Source: an uncultured Candidatus Rokubacteria bacterium (GTDB lineage Bacteria > Methylomirabilota > Methylomirabilia > Rokubacteriales > DASRDR01). From it: 64,000 nt of DNA. The notes below the pieces were generated by a model. The model worked only from the letters and a program-made list of their open reading frames with translations, ran no database searches and was not told the origin of the DNA. Where the stretch lies: the NCBI GenBank assembly GCA_963805625.1, contig CAWDVE010000019.1, positions 576,001 through 640,000 on the forward strand, written 5' to 3'. Every line of letters starts with the position of its first letter. The first letter of the stretch is position 1. Shown here piece by piece: positions 18,916 to 27,681 of the stretch. Both the position numbers and the translations under genes were made by a program.

Positions 18916-20763
18916 ATGACCGGATACGGGGGACGGACGCTTCACGTGGATCTCACCAGCGGGCGGAGCGAGGTGCGCCCGCTCGACGAGCGGACGGCGC
19001 GAGCCTTCCTCGGCGGGAACGGGCTGGCCGCGCGCCTCCTGTGGGAGGCGGCCGTGCCGGGAACCGACGCCTTCGATCCCGGCAACCCCGTTGCCCTCGC
19101 AGTGGGCCCGATCACGGACACGCTCGTTCCCGGCAACAGCCGCGCGTGTGTCGCCACCAAGTCGCCCCAGACGGGCCTGTTCTTCGACTCGACGTTCGGC
19201 GGCCGGTTCCCGGCCACGCTCAAGCGCACCGGCTTCGACGCTGTCGTGGTGACCGGGCGCGCCGAGCATCCGGTCTACCTCGCGGTGGACGAGGAGGGGG
19301 CGACTGTCCGGGACGCGCGGGGTGTGTGGGGAAAGACGACGCGTGACACGGTGGAGGCGATCCAGGCCGCCGACGGCGCCGAGACTGACGTGCTGGCCAT
19401 CGGCCCGGCCGGGGAGCATCGCGTTCGCTTCGCATGCCTCGCCCACTACTGGAAGAACCGCGAGGGCGTCGCCGGCCGCGGGGGCATCGGCGCCGTCTGG
19501 GGGGCGAAGCATCTGAAGGCCGTCACCGTCCGGGGGAGCCGGAAGACCGCTGTCGCCGACCCCGGGCGGCTCAAGCGGCTGGTGGACGAGACGCGCGAGC
19601 CCATGAAGAAGGGCACCGCCAACCTCTCGACGTACGGCACGCCGTTCCTCACCGGGCCCATCAACGCCATCGGCGCGCTCGGCGCCTACAACCTCAAGCA
19701 GGAGATCTACGCCGAGTGGGAGGCGATCGACGGGCGCTCGCTCAAGGAGCACTATCACGACCGGGACACGACCTGCCTCAAGTGCCCGGTCGCGTGCGGC
19801 AAGCAGTTCGCCGTCCCGGCCGACGTCCCGGTCTACGGCGGCGTCCGGGGGAAGATGCCCGAGTACGAGACCCTCTTCGCCTTCGGCTCGATGCTCGGCA
19901 ACGCGAACGCCCCCAGCATCGTCCACGCGAACATCCTGTGCGATCTTCTCGGGCTCGACTCGATCTCCATGGGCGTGACGCTTGCCTTCGTGGCCGAGTG
20001 CCTCGAGAAGGGGCTCCTGGCGCCGGACGACGTCGGCGGATCGTTCGGATGGGCGGACCACGCGGGAATGATCCGCCTGCTCGAGCAGACCGCGCGCCGC
20101 GAAGGATTCGGTGACCGTCTGGCCGAGGGCTCCTGGCGGCTGGCCCGGGAGATCGGGCGCGGGGCCGAGCGCCTGCCCTACGCGGTCAAGGGGCTCGAGC
20201 TACCCGCCCACTCGGCGCGCGCGCTGAAGGGCATGTCGATCGGGTACGCCACGGCGACTCGGGGCGGGAGCCACCACGACACCCGCCCCACGCCCCAGTA
20301 CGCGCAGGGGTTCGACCGCCGCTCGACGGGGGACAAGCCCGCCTTCGCGGCGAAGAGCCAGCACTTCACCGCGGTGGACGACAGCCTCGTCATGTGCCGG
20401 TTCACGTCGGAGCGCGGCTTCGGGCTCTTCCTGAACGAGGCCTACGCGGGGCTCCTCTCTGCGGTGACCGGCTGGACGGTGGACGTCGCGGAGCTCGAGC
20501 GGATCGGCGAGCGCATCGTCAACCTCGAGCGGCTGTTCGGCGTCCGGGAGGGGGTCCGCCGGAAGGACGACGTCCTACCGTGGAAGGTGATGCACGAGCC
20601 GATCCCGGACGGCCCGTCGGCGGGCATGCACTGCCCGCCCGAGGAGCTCAGCGAGATGCTCGACGCCTACTACGCGCTACGCGGCTGGGATGCCGACGGC
20701 GTGCCCACGCGGGAGCGCCTCACCGACCTCGGTCTCGACGCCGTGCCGGGTGTCCTCGGCTAG
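18916..20763 (+). CDS. Aldehyde:ferredoxin oxidoreductase family (tungstopterin) enzyme
   Basis: 'KSPQTG', 'IGPAGE', 'AGRGG.GAV.GAK.LKA', 'CLKCPVAC', 'PEYET', 'CD.LGLDSIS', 'YYALRGWD..G.P'. Confidence 0.93.
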   Translation: MTGYGGRTLHVDLTSGRSEVRPLDERTARAFLGGNGLAARLLWEAAVPGTDAFDPGNPVALAVGPITDTLVPGNSRACVATKSPQTGLFFDSTFGGRFPATLKRTGFDAVVVTGRAEHPVYLAVDEEGATVRDARGVWGKTTRDTVEAIQAADGAETDVLAIGPAGEHRVRFACLAHYWKNREGVAGRGGIGAVWGAKHLKAVTVRGSRKTAVADPGRLKRLVDETREPMKKGTANLSTYGTPFLTGPINAIGALGAYNLKQEIYAEWEAIDGRSLKEHYHDRDTTCLKCPVACGKQFAVPADVPVYGGVRGKMPEYETLFAFGSMLGNANAPSIVHANILCDLLGLDSISMGVTLAFVAECLEKGLLAPDDVGGSFGWADHAGMIRLLEQTARREGFGDRLAEGSWRLAREIGRGAERLPYAVKGLELPAHSARALKGMSIGYATATRGGSHHDTRPTPQYAQGFDRRSTGDKPAFAAKSQHFTAVDDSLVMCRFTSERGFGLFLNEAYAGLLSAVTGWTVDVAELERIGERIVNLERLFGVREGVRRKDDVLPWKVMHEPIPDGPSAGMHCPPEELSEMLDAYYALRGWDADGVPTRERLTDLGLDAVPGVLG

Positions 20764-20823
20764 GACACTCCGACCGCGCGGCGCGGGCGGTGCGGGCGTC
20801 GCCTCTCGCGAGTCGAATCGGCC

Positions 20824-21213
20824 CTAGCAGCGGTTCGCGTCGTCGATGACGAGGGTGACCAGACCGGTCGCCGGCTCGTACCGGTAGTCGTTCCCCTCGC
20901 ACTGGAAGGACGGCGGCGGGTTCAGGAGCGTCGCCACGACGTCCTTGCTGGGGGGGTACGTGCCATGCTGGCCGAAGTACAGCGTAAGCGACGTCCGGAT
21001 CGAGGCCACGGTCGCGCGGTCGGCGGCGAGCCGCGCCGCGGACATGGGCTTCTGCTGCTGGATGGTCTCGACGGTCTTCGTCGTCGAGACGAAGTACTGG
21101 TAGAGGAACGCCCCGGCGACGGCGAGGATCACGGCCACGACGAGGATCTCCACCAGCCCGAAGCCGGACTGGCCGCGCCTGGCCCGAGACGTGAGAGCGC
21201 CGCCCCGATGCAC
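20824..21213 (-). CDS. Type IV pilin / pseudopilin-like protein
   Basis: Class III signal 'GQSG|FGLVEILVVAVILA'. A TTGACA-N18-CAAGAT promoter at 21249-21220 suggests the start is GTG 21213. Confidence 0.75.
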   Translation of the reverse strand: MHRGGALTSRARRGQSGFGLVEILVVAVILAVAGAFLYQYFVSTTKTVETIQQQKPMSAARLAADRATVASIRTSLTLYFGQHGTYPPSKDVVATLLNPPPSFQCEGNDYRYEPATGLVTLVIDDANRC

Positions 21214-21318
21214 GCCGCCATCTTGAGTCGGCGCGTCCAGACGTGTCAAGAAAAGCGGGCCCGGCCTAGCAGTTCCTCCCCGGGGAGGGTCCGCTAGGCC
21301 GGAAACCGGCCGCGGCGG

Positions 21319-21747
21319 TCACTCCCCGACGATCTGGACCTGGAGCCTCCGGTCACGCGGCCCGTCGAGCTCGGCCAGGATGACGCGCTGGTACTGGCCG
21401 AGCAGGACCTCCCCGTCGGCCATGGCCAGCGCGATCGGACGTCCGAGCAGCGTCGCCCGCAGGTGCGCATGGGCGTTGGCGCGGTCGCAGTCCGAGTAGC
21501 GCGGATCGTCGTGACGATATCCGTCCCGTCGCGGGACCAGCTTCTGCAGCACGGCGCCGAGGTCGTCGAGGAGGGCCGACTGGAACTCGTTGATGAAGAC
21601 GGCGATCGTCGTGTGGAGCGAGTTGATCAGGAGCGTGCCGTTCTGGATGCCCGATCGGCTCACGGCGTCGCGGACCTGCTTCGTGACGTCGAGGAACTGC
21701 TGATTCTCTTCCGTCCGGATCTCGATCGTGTCCCGGAACACCTTCAT
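21319..21747 (-). CDS. yjbQ: YjbQ/UPF0047 family (secondary thiamine-phosphate synthase) protein
   Basis: 'HTT....INE', 'YRHD', 'NAHAHLRA', 'LGQYQ....ELDGPR.R'; AGGGAGG RBS. Confidence 0.9.
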   Translation of the reverse strand: MKVFRDTIEIRTEENQQFLDVTKQVRDAVSRSGIQNGTLLINSLHTTIAVFINEFQSALLDDLGAVLQKLVPRRDGYRHDDPRYSDCDRANAHAHLRATLLGRPIALAMADGEVLLGQYQRVILAELDGPRDRRLQVQIVGE

Positions 21748-21858
21748 CTGCCGCCTCCCTTGCCTACGTTCGAATGACACGCACGTGCGGCCCTGCCGCA
21801 TCCGTGCGCGTCGACGCCCGGTCTCGTGGAGCCCGGGCTCCGCCAGCTGCGGTGGAGC

Positions 21859-22155
21859 TCAGGCTGCGGGCGGTGCCCGCGGCAGCCGGCGAGGGAGGGG
21901 GGCCGGATCAGGCGGAGTCGCCCGGGAGCCGAGCTCCTCGAGGACCGCGCTCGAGTGACAGCCCGCGTCGAGCGGGATCGCGAGCGAAACGACGGCATCG
22001 AGCGCGGTGGTGGCCTGGGAAGGACCGGCGAGAGTGACTCCTGCGGTCGGCGCAGGCGCGAAGGCAAGGACCTGATCCAGTCCGAGGTGCTGGACGACGA
22101 GGAGAATGATGACGATGCGGCTCGCCCGGGTCAGCCCCCATCCCCTGAGCTGCAT
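21859..22155 (-). CDS. Putative leader/arrest peptide with an N-terminal hydrophobic segment and a C-terminal RAPP motif
   Basis: MQLRGWGLTRASRIVIILLVVQHLGL...PLPRRLPRAPPAA*; TATCCT 7 nt before ATG 22155 (alternative ATG 22161); lies 111 nt upstream of yjbQ. Confidence 0.6.
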   Translation of the reverse strand: MQLRGWGLTRASRIVIILLVVQHLGLDQVLAFAPAPTAGVTLAGPSQATTALDAVVSLAIPLDAGCHSSAVLEELGSRATPPDPAPLPRRLPRAPPAA

Positions 22156-22235
22156 GCTCATCAGGATACCGGAGGTGCGCTATACTGCTCGCGTCCAGGA
22201 CGTCACGATCGGGAGCCGCCAACCCGGAGGGTCCC

Positions 22236-22556
22236 ATGCCGCTCTACATCATGCTGTCCTCGCTGTCCGAGACGGGCCGACAGGTGCTCCGCAAGCTGCC
22301 CGGCTCCATCCGCAAGGTCAACGCGGAGGTCGGCCGGATGGGGGCGCGGGTCATCGCCCAGTACGCCGTCCTGGGGCCCTACGACTTCGTCACGGTGCTG
22401 GAGGCTCCGGACAACGAGACCGTCTCCCGGATCTCGGTCGAGCTTGGCGCCCGGGGTTCCGTTCAGATGATGACGATGCCGGCCATCCCGGTGGACGACT
22501 TCATCAGCCGTCTGGCCAGCCCATCTCGCCGGGGCGGCGCCCGCCGGCGCCGCTGA
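22236..22556 (+). CDS. GYD domain protein
   Basis: 'MPLYIMLS.L...G', 'QYAVLGPYDFVTVLEAPD'; GGAGG RBS. Confidence 0.88.
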   Translation: MPLYIMLSSLSETGRQVLRKLPGSIRKVNAEVGRMGARVIAQYAVLGPYDFVTVLEAPDNETVSRISVELGARGSVQMMTMPAIPVDDFISRLASPSRRGGARRRR

Positions 22557-22700
22557 GATCACCCGGCCGCCGGCGCGGCCGACTGCCCTGCGTCTGACCG
22601 AGTGGGCACGCGTCGGACCGCCGTGACGAGCTGGGCTGGTCCCCGCAATTCCGGGAAGCGAAGCGTGGCCCTCGAGGGCCGGACCGAACGCGACTGACCC

Positions 22701-24026
22701 GTGCTCCTGCTTCCCGAGCGCTGCTACGCGGCGGGGGCTGTCCACGACGGCTGGGCCGTCCGTCTCGAGGACGGTCGGATCACTGCCTTGGGGCCGCGGG
22801 CGGCGCTCCCGCCGTACCCGGCCGTCGAGGCCAACGCGCCGGAGGCGGTCTGCCCCCTCCCCGGGCGGCTTCTCCTCCCCGGTGGCGTCAACGCCCACAA
22901 CCATTCATTCCAGTCGCTCCTCCGCGGGCTCGGCGACGATCTCGACTTCATGGGGTGGCGCGACCGCGTTCTCTATCCCTTCTCGCGGCGGCTGGACGCC
23001 CGGGGAATCGAGATCGGGGCGGCCTTCGCCTTCGCCGAGATGCTGCGCCACGGCATCACGACGGTCGTGGACTTCTTCTACGTCCAGGGCGGCGGCAACG
23101 CGAACGCGGAGGCAGCCATCCGGGCGGCGAAGCAGGTCGGGATCCGCCTCGTCCTGGCCCGCGCCTTCTACGACTGGTCCGGGGCGCCGCCGGAGTATCG
23201 CGAGACGGTACCGGAGGCGACCGCGCGCTGCCGGGAGCTGATGGCCCGGTACGCCGGCGATCCGACGGTGAGCGTCCAGCCGGCGCCCCACAGCCTTCAC
23301 GCGGCCTCGCCCGAGATGATCCGCGCCGCGGCGGCGCTCGCGGACGAGGTTCGCGTGCCGTTCCACATCCACGTCGCCGAGTACCGCGCCGAGCGCGAGC
23401 AGATCGAGGCCCGCCACGGAGTCACCCCGGTGCGATACCTCGACCAGCTCGGCGTCCTGGGTCCGCGGCTCATCGGCGTCCATTGCGTGTGGGTCGACGG
23501 CGGCGAGGTGGAGCTCCTGGCCGAGCGGGGCGCCCGTGTCGCCTACTGCCCGTCCTCGAACATGATCCTGGGTGACGGGGTGACCAGGCTGCGGGAGATG
23601 CGCGCCATCGGTGTCCCCGTGGCGCTCGGCACGGATGGCGGCTGCACGAACAACCGGCTGTCCATCTTCGAGGAGATGCGGATGGCCGCTCTTCTCCAGA
23701 AGGTCACGCACCTCGACGGGACCGCCTTCAGCGCCGAGGAGGCATTCTGGCTCGGGACGGCCGGTGGCGGCGAGGTGCTCGGCCTTCCCGTCGGCGAGAT
23801 CGCGCCGGGCCGCTTCGGGGACCTGGTCGCGCTCGATCTCGAGCATCCGTCGCTCCACCCGCCGAACGCGATCATGAAGAACGTCGTCTACGCGCTCTCG
23901 CCCCAGGCGATCACGGACGTGTGGGTGCACGGCCGTCCGGTCGTGCGGCAGGGGCGCATCGCGACCCTCGACGAGGCGGAGCTCCTCGGGGAAGTGCGGG
24001 CCCTCACGCGCGACTGGCGCGTCTGA
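22701..24026 (+). CDS. Amidohydrolase (MTA/SAH or guanine-type deaminase family)
   Basis: 'PG.VNAHNH', 'HIHVAE', 'GVHCV', 'YCPSSN', 'GTDG' metal ligands. Confidence 0.9.
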   Translation: MLLLPERCYAAGAVHDGWAVRLEDGRITALGPRAALPPYPAVEANAPEAVCPLPGRLLLPGGVNAHNHSFQSLLRGLGDDLDFMGWRDRVLYPFSRRLDARGIEIGAAFAFAEMLRHGITTVVDFFYVQGGGNANAEAAIRAAKQVGIRLVLARAFYDWSGAPPEYRETVPEATARCRELMARYAGDPTVSVQPAPHSLHAASPEMIRAAAALADEVRVPFHIHVAEYRAEREQIEARHGVTPVRYLDQLGVLGPRLIGVHCVWVDGGEVELLAERGARVAYCPSSNMILGDGVTRLREMRAIGVPVALGTDGGCTNNRLSIFEEMRMAALLQKVTHLDGTAFSAEEAFWLGTAGGGEVLGLPVGEIAPGRFGDLVALDLEHPSLHPPNAIMKNVVYALSPQAITDVWVHGRPVVRQGRIATLDEAELLGEVRALTRDWRV

Positions 24027-24091
24027 CCGCGGCCGTCAACCACCTCGGCCCGTGCGTCACGGCACGGTGACGGCCGTGCTATAAGAGCGCG

Positions 24092-25084
24092 ATGCGATTC
24101 GGGTTCATTCCCACCGAGGGCGGGCACCTCGCGCGCGAGGCGCTGGCGGAGGTCGACCGCGCGGAGACGTTCGGCCTCGACTCCGTCTGGATGGAGGAGC
24201 ACCATGGCGTTCGCGGCCACTACTGGCCGTCGCCGCTCGTGGTGCTCGCAGGCTTCGCCACCCGGACGTCGCGGCTGCTCCTCGGCACCGACGTGGTGGT
24301 CCTGCCGTTCTACGATCCGGTTCGTGCGGCCGAGGATGCGGCGATGGTCGACGTGCTCTCGGAGGGCCGGCTCGTGTTCGGCGCCGCGATCGGGTACCGG
24401 CCGGACGAGTTCGCCCTCTATCGCACGCCGCTCGAGAAGCGGGGGGCGCGGTTCGAGGAGGCCCTCGCCGTGATCCGGGCGCTCTGGACGCAGGAGACGG
24501 TCACGCTTCCGGGGCCCCACTATCCGCTCGAGGACGCGCGTATCGAGCCGAAGCCCGTTCAGCGGCCGCACCCTCCGATCTGGATCGGCGGCTGGGGCGA
24601 GCTGATGATCCGGCGGGCGGCGCGCCTGGCCGACGCGTGGATTCCCGGCCCGACGGCGCACCTCCAGAAGCTGCTCGACGGCAAGGCGCGCTATCAGGCC
24701 GAGCTGCGGGCGGCGGGTCGGCCGGACCCGGCCGAGTGGCCGCTCACGCGCGACACCGTGATCGCCGACACCGACGCGGAGGCGCTCGAGCTCGCCGAGC
24801 GCCATCTCCTGGTGAACTACCGCGACGAGTACGGCGGCGGCCGCTGGAAGCACCCGCTCATCGGCGCAGAGGATGCCACGCCGGTGGACCAGCTCGACGC
24901 GCTCGGGCGCGACCGCTTCGTGATCGGCGGGCCCGAGCGGTGCAGGGCGCAGGTGCGGCGCTTCATCCAGGCGTTTGGCGCGACCCACATCATCTTCCGG
25001 CTGTACTTTCCCGGGATGCCGCACCGCCATATCCTCCGGGAGCTGGAGCTCCTGGCCCGCGAGGTCGCGCCCGCCTTTCGCTGA
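24092..25084 (+). CDS. LLM-class flavin-dependent oxidoreductase
   Basis: 'WMEEHHG', 'PSP', 'PFYDPVRAAED', 'PKPVQRPHPPIWIGG'. Confidence 0.9.
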   Translation: MRFGFIPTEGGHLAREALAEVDRAETFGLDSVWMEEHHGVRGHYWPSPLVVLAGFATRTSRLLLGTDVVVLPFYDPVRAAEDAAMVDVLSEGRLVFGAAIGYRPDEFALYRTPLEKRGARFEEALAVIRALWTQETVTLPGPHYPLEDARIEPKPVQRPHPPIWIGGWGELMIRRAARLADAWIPGPTAHLQKLLDGKARYQAELRAAGRPDPAEWPLTRDTVIADTDAEALELAERHLLVNYRDEYGGGRWKHPLIGAEDATPVDQLDALGRDRFVIGGPERCRAQVRRFIQAFGATHIIFRLYFPGMPHRHILRELELLAREVAPAFR

Positions 25085-25143
25085 CCCGCCGCCCGGGCCC
25101 GCGTGGCGAAAGGGCCCGCGCGGCCAGGCGTACAATACCGGAG

Positions 25144-27621
25144 ATGCGCAGGAACGCGCTCTTCTGGGGCATCCTCGGGCTCGCACTCGCCGTCGGTGTC
25201 GTCACCACTCTCGATCGGTACCAGCGCCAGGGCCGGACCTTCGCCGGCTTCTGGGTGATGGAGAACCTGCTCGTCGCGATCGGCGGACCCGAGCGTGGGC
25301 CGCTCGAGCCGTTCGACGTCGTCCGGGTCATGAACGGGCAAGTGCTCAAGAGCGGCCGGGACATCCAGACGACGATCGAGAGCCAGGATCCGCAAACGAC
25401 ATTCCACTACATCGTCTACCGGCGCGGCCAGCTGGTCGAGGTAGACGTCAAGACTCGCCTCTTCGCGCGTCGAGACTTTCTGCGGTTCGTGGCCGAGTCC
25501 CTCCTGTCAGGCTTGTTCCAGCTTGCGGTGGGTGCGGTCGTGTTCCTGATCCGCCCGGGGCGGTCACAGAGCTGGCTGTTTCTCACCTTTGCACTGATTG
25601 CGTATCTAGTCAGCGTCACCTTTGCCGACGCGCACACGACGTACCGCTTCTCCGGGTTGTTCCTGACTGCCTGGGCCTTCTGGCCGGCGACGCTGCTTCA
25701 CCTCGCCCTGACGTTCCCGCAGCGCCGCCGGATCCTCCGGCGCTTTCCGCGGGCGGTCTGGCTGCCCTACTTGATCTCGGCGGCCATCGCCGCGCTCCTT
25801 CAGCTGCCGGGGGTCTACCAGCAGCTGCCGGGGGTCTACCAGCTGCCGGGACTCCAGGGTGACGTCCGGCTCCTCCTCGCCGTGCCCGCCACCGGAGCCG
25901 CGTACTGGGGAGTGGCGCTGATCCTGCTGGTCCTTTCGCTCGCCCGGGCCAGCGTGGTGGGCGGTACCCCCTTGATCCGGCAGCGGGCACGGATCCTGTG
26001 CGCGGCGTTCGTTCTCGGCTACATCCCGCCGATCCTCGGGACGGCGACCGAGGCTCTCTTCCAGGTGACGGTCCCCTATCTGAATGCGATGTGGAGGCTG
26101 ACGCTCCTCTTTCCCATCGTCATGGCCTACGCCATGGTTCGCTACGACCTGTTCGACGTACGCGCTGCGCTCCGCGCCGGCGCCGTCTACTCGGCGGCCA
26201 CCGGAGTCGTGGTGCTCGCCTACACGGGCGCCATTGCCGGCACGGACATCCTCCTGGCCAACTGGGAGGCCGCGCAGTCGCCCGTCGTCGCCGCCGCCGT
26301 CATGGCGGTGCTGGTCGTGGTGCTGCTGAACCCGCTCTACCTCCGATCGCAGCGGCTGGTCGACCGTCTGTTCTTCCGACAGCGGGTGGACGTCCAGCGG
26401 TCGATCGAGCACGTTTCGGAGGTCATGAGCGGGCTTCTCGACCTCCGGCGGATCGTCGAGCTGCTCACCCAGACCGTCGAAGAGCAGCTGCACCCCTTGC
26501 GGCAGGAGTTGTATCTCCTCGACGCGGGCCGCCAAGGCTACGTGCGCGCGGAGCAGGAGGAGGCGGACGAGCAGGACGGCCGGCCCCCGATCGACGGCGG
26601 CTCGCCGCTGGTGCGGTGTCTCGAGCTGCGCCGCCAGCCGCTGACGCGGGAGCGGGTCGAGGAGGATCCCGCGCTGGAGGACTACCAGGCGGGGTGTCTC
26701 ACGGCGATGGACGGCCTCGGGGCGACCCTGGCCGTGCCGTTCCTCTTCCAGGGTCGCGTGACGGGCTTCCTCGCCCTGGGTTCGAAGCGGTCTGGCCTCG
26801 GTTACTCGAGCCAGGACCTCGGACTCCTCCGGCTCCTGGCGAATTCGAGCGCCCTGGCCCTCGAGCACGCGCAGGCGTACGCGGCCCTCCAGGACACGAA
26901 CGCGGAGCTGCGAGCGGCGATCCGGCGTGTGGAGATCCTCGAAAGCATCCGGACGAACCTCGCCAAGTTCGTTCCCCGCACCGTGCAGGACCTGATCGAG
27001 CGCGCGCCGGAGGCCCCGGAGCTGGACAAGCGCGAGGTGGACGTGACCGTGCTGTTCGTCGACCTGGTGGGCTACACGCGGCTCACCGAGCGGCTCGACC
27101 CCACCCGCGTCAACGAGCTGGTCGAGCGGTGCTTCGGCGCTTACCTCGACGAGATCCTCCGGCGAGGCGGGGACGTGAACGAGACGGCTGGCGACGGCCT
27201 CATGGCCATCTTCCACGATGCGGATTCGCGGCGCCACGCCCGCCAGGCGGTGAGGTGCGCGCTCGGGATCCTGCGCCGGACACGTGAGCTGAACGAGACG
27301 CTGCACGGGCTGCCCGAGCCGCTCGCCGTCCATATCGGCGTGAACTCCGGCCTCGCCACCGTGGGCGCCACCAAGATCGAGGGCGCGAACGGCACGCGAT
27401 GGACGTACACCGCCTCAGGGCAGGTCACCATCGTGGCGGCTCGTCTCGCCGCCCTCGCCCGGAGGGACGAGATCCTGGTGGGGGCCGGAACCAGGGAGCG
27501 GCTGGGCGACGAGTTCTCGTTCGAGACCCTCGGCGAGCGGCCCTTGCGGAACGTCGAGATGCCGGTGAAGGTGTTCCGGCTGATGCTGGCCCAGCCCGTT
27601 CCCGCGACGGCCACGGCCTGA
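25144..27621 (+). CDS. Membrane-bound class III nucleotide cyclase (PDZ-like periplasmic domain, multi-TM, GAF, coiled coil, cyclase)
   Basis: 'LFVDLVGYT', 'AGDGLMAIF', 'HIGVNSG', 'AARL', 'LRNV..PV.VF'; 'YAMVRYDLFD' ends the TM block. Confidence 0.88.
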   Translation: MRRNALFWGILGLALAVGVVTTLDRYQRQGRTFAGFWVMENLLVAIGGPERGPLEPFDVVRVMNGQVLKSGRDIQTTIESQDPQTTFHYIVYRRGQLVEVDVKTRLFARRDFLRFVAESLLSGLFQLAVGAVVFLIRPGRSQSWLFLTFALIAYLVSVTFADAHTTYRFSGLFLTAWAFWPATLLHLALTFPQRRRILRRFPRAVWLPYLISAAIAALLQLPGVYQQLPGVYQLPGLQGDVRLLLAVPATGAAYWGVALILLVLSLARASVVGGTPLIRQRARILCAAFVLGYIPPILGTATEALFQVTVPYLNAMWRLTLLFPIVMAYAMVRYDLFDVRAALRAGAVYSAATGVVVLAYTGAIAGTDILLANWEAAQSPVVAAAVMAVLVVVLLNPLYLRSQRLVDRLFFRQRVDVQRSIEHVSEVMSGLLDLRRIVELLTQTVEEQLHPLRQELYLLDAGRQGYVRAEQEEADEQDGRPPIDGGSPLVRCLELRRQPLTRERVEEDPALEDYQAGCLTAMDGLGATLAVPFLFQGRVTGFLALGSKRSGLGYSSQDLGLLRLLANSSALALEHAQAYAALQDTNAELRAAIRRVEILESIRTNLAKFVPRTVQDLIERAPEAPELDKREVDVTVLFVDLVGYTRLTERLDPTRVNELVERCFGAYLDEILRRGGDVNETAGDGLMAIFHDADSRRHARQAVRCALGILRRTRELNETLHGLPEPLAVHIGVNSGLATVGATKIEGANGTRWTYTASGQVTIVAARLAALARRDEILVGAGTRERLGDEFSFETLGERPLRNVEMPVKVFRLMLAQPVPATATA
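25801..25842 (+). repeat. Perfect in-frame 21-bp tandem duplication
   Basis: CAGCTGCCGGGGGTCTACCAG x2 (QLPGVYQ x2), followed by a partial CTGCCGGG. Confidence 0.9.
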
Positions 27622-27681
27622 GCGGCCGAGGCGCCCCACACCGACCCGGGCGGACCCGGATCCGTCAGACCGGTCGCGTCC

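Noticed and set aside
22560-22700. Possible cobalamin riboswitch (CCCCGCAA...GGGAAG fragments)
   Set aside because: The other conserved B12-box elements are missing and the downstream gene is unrelated to B12.
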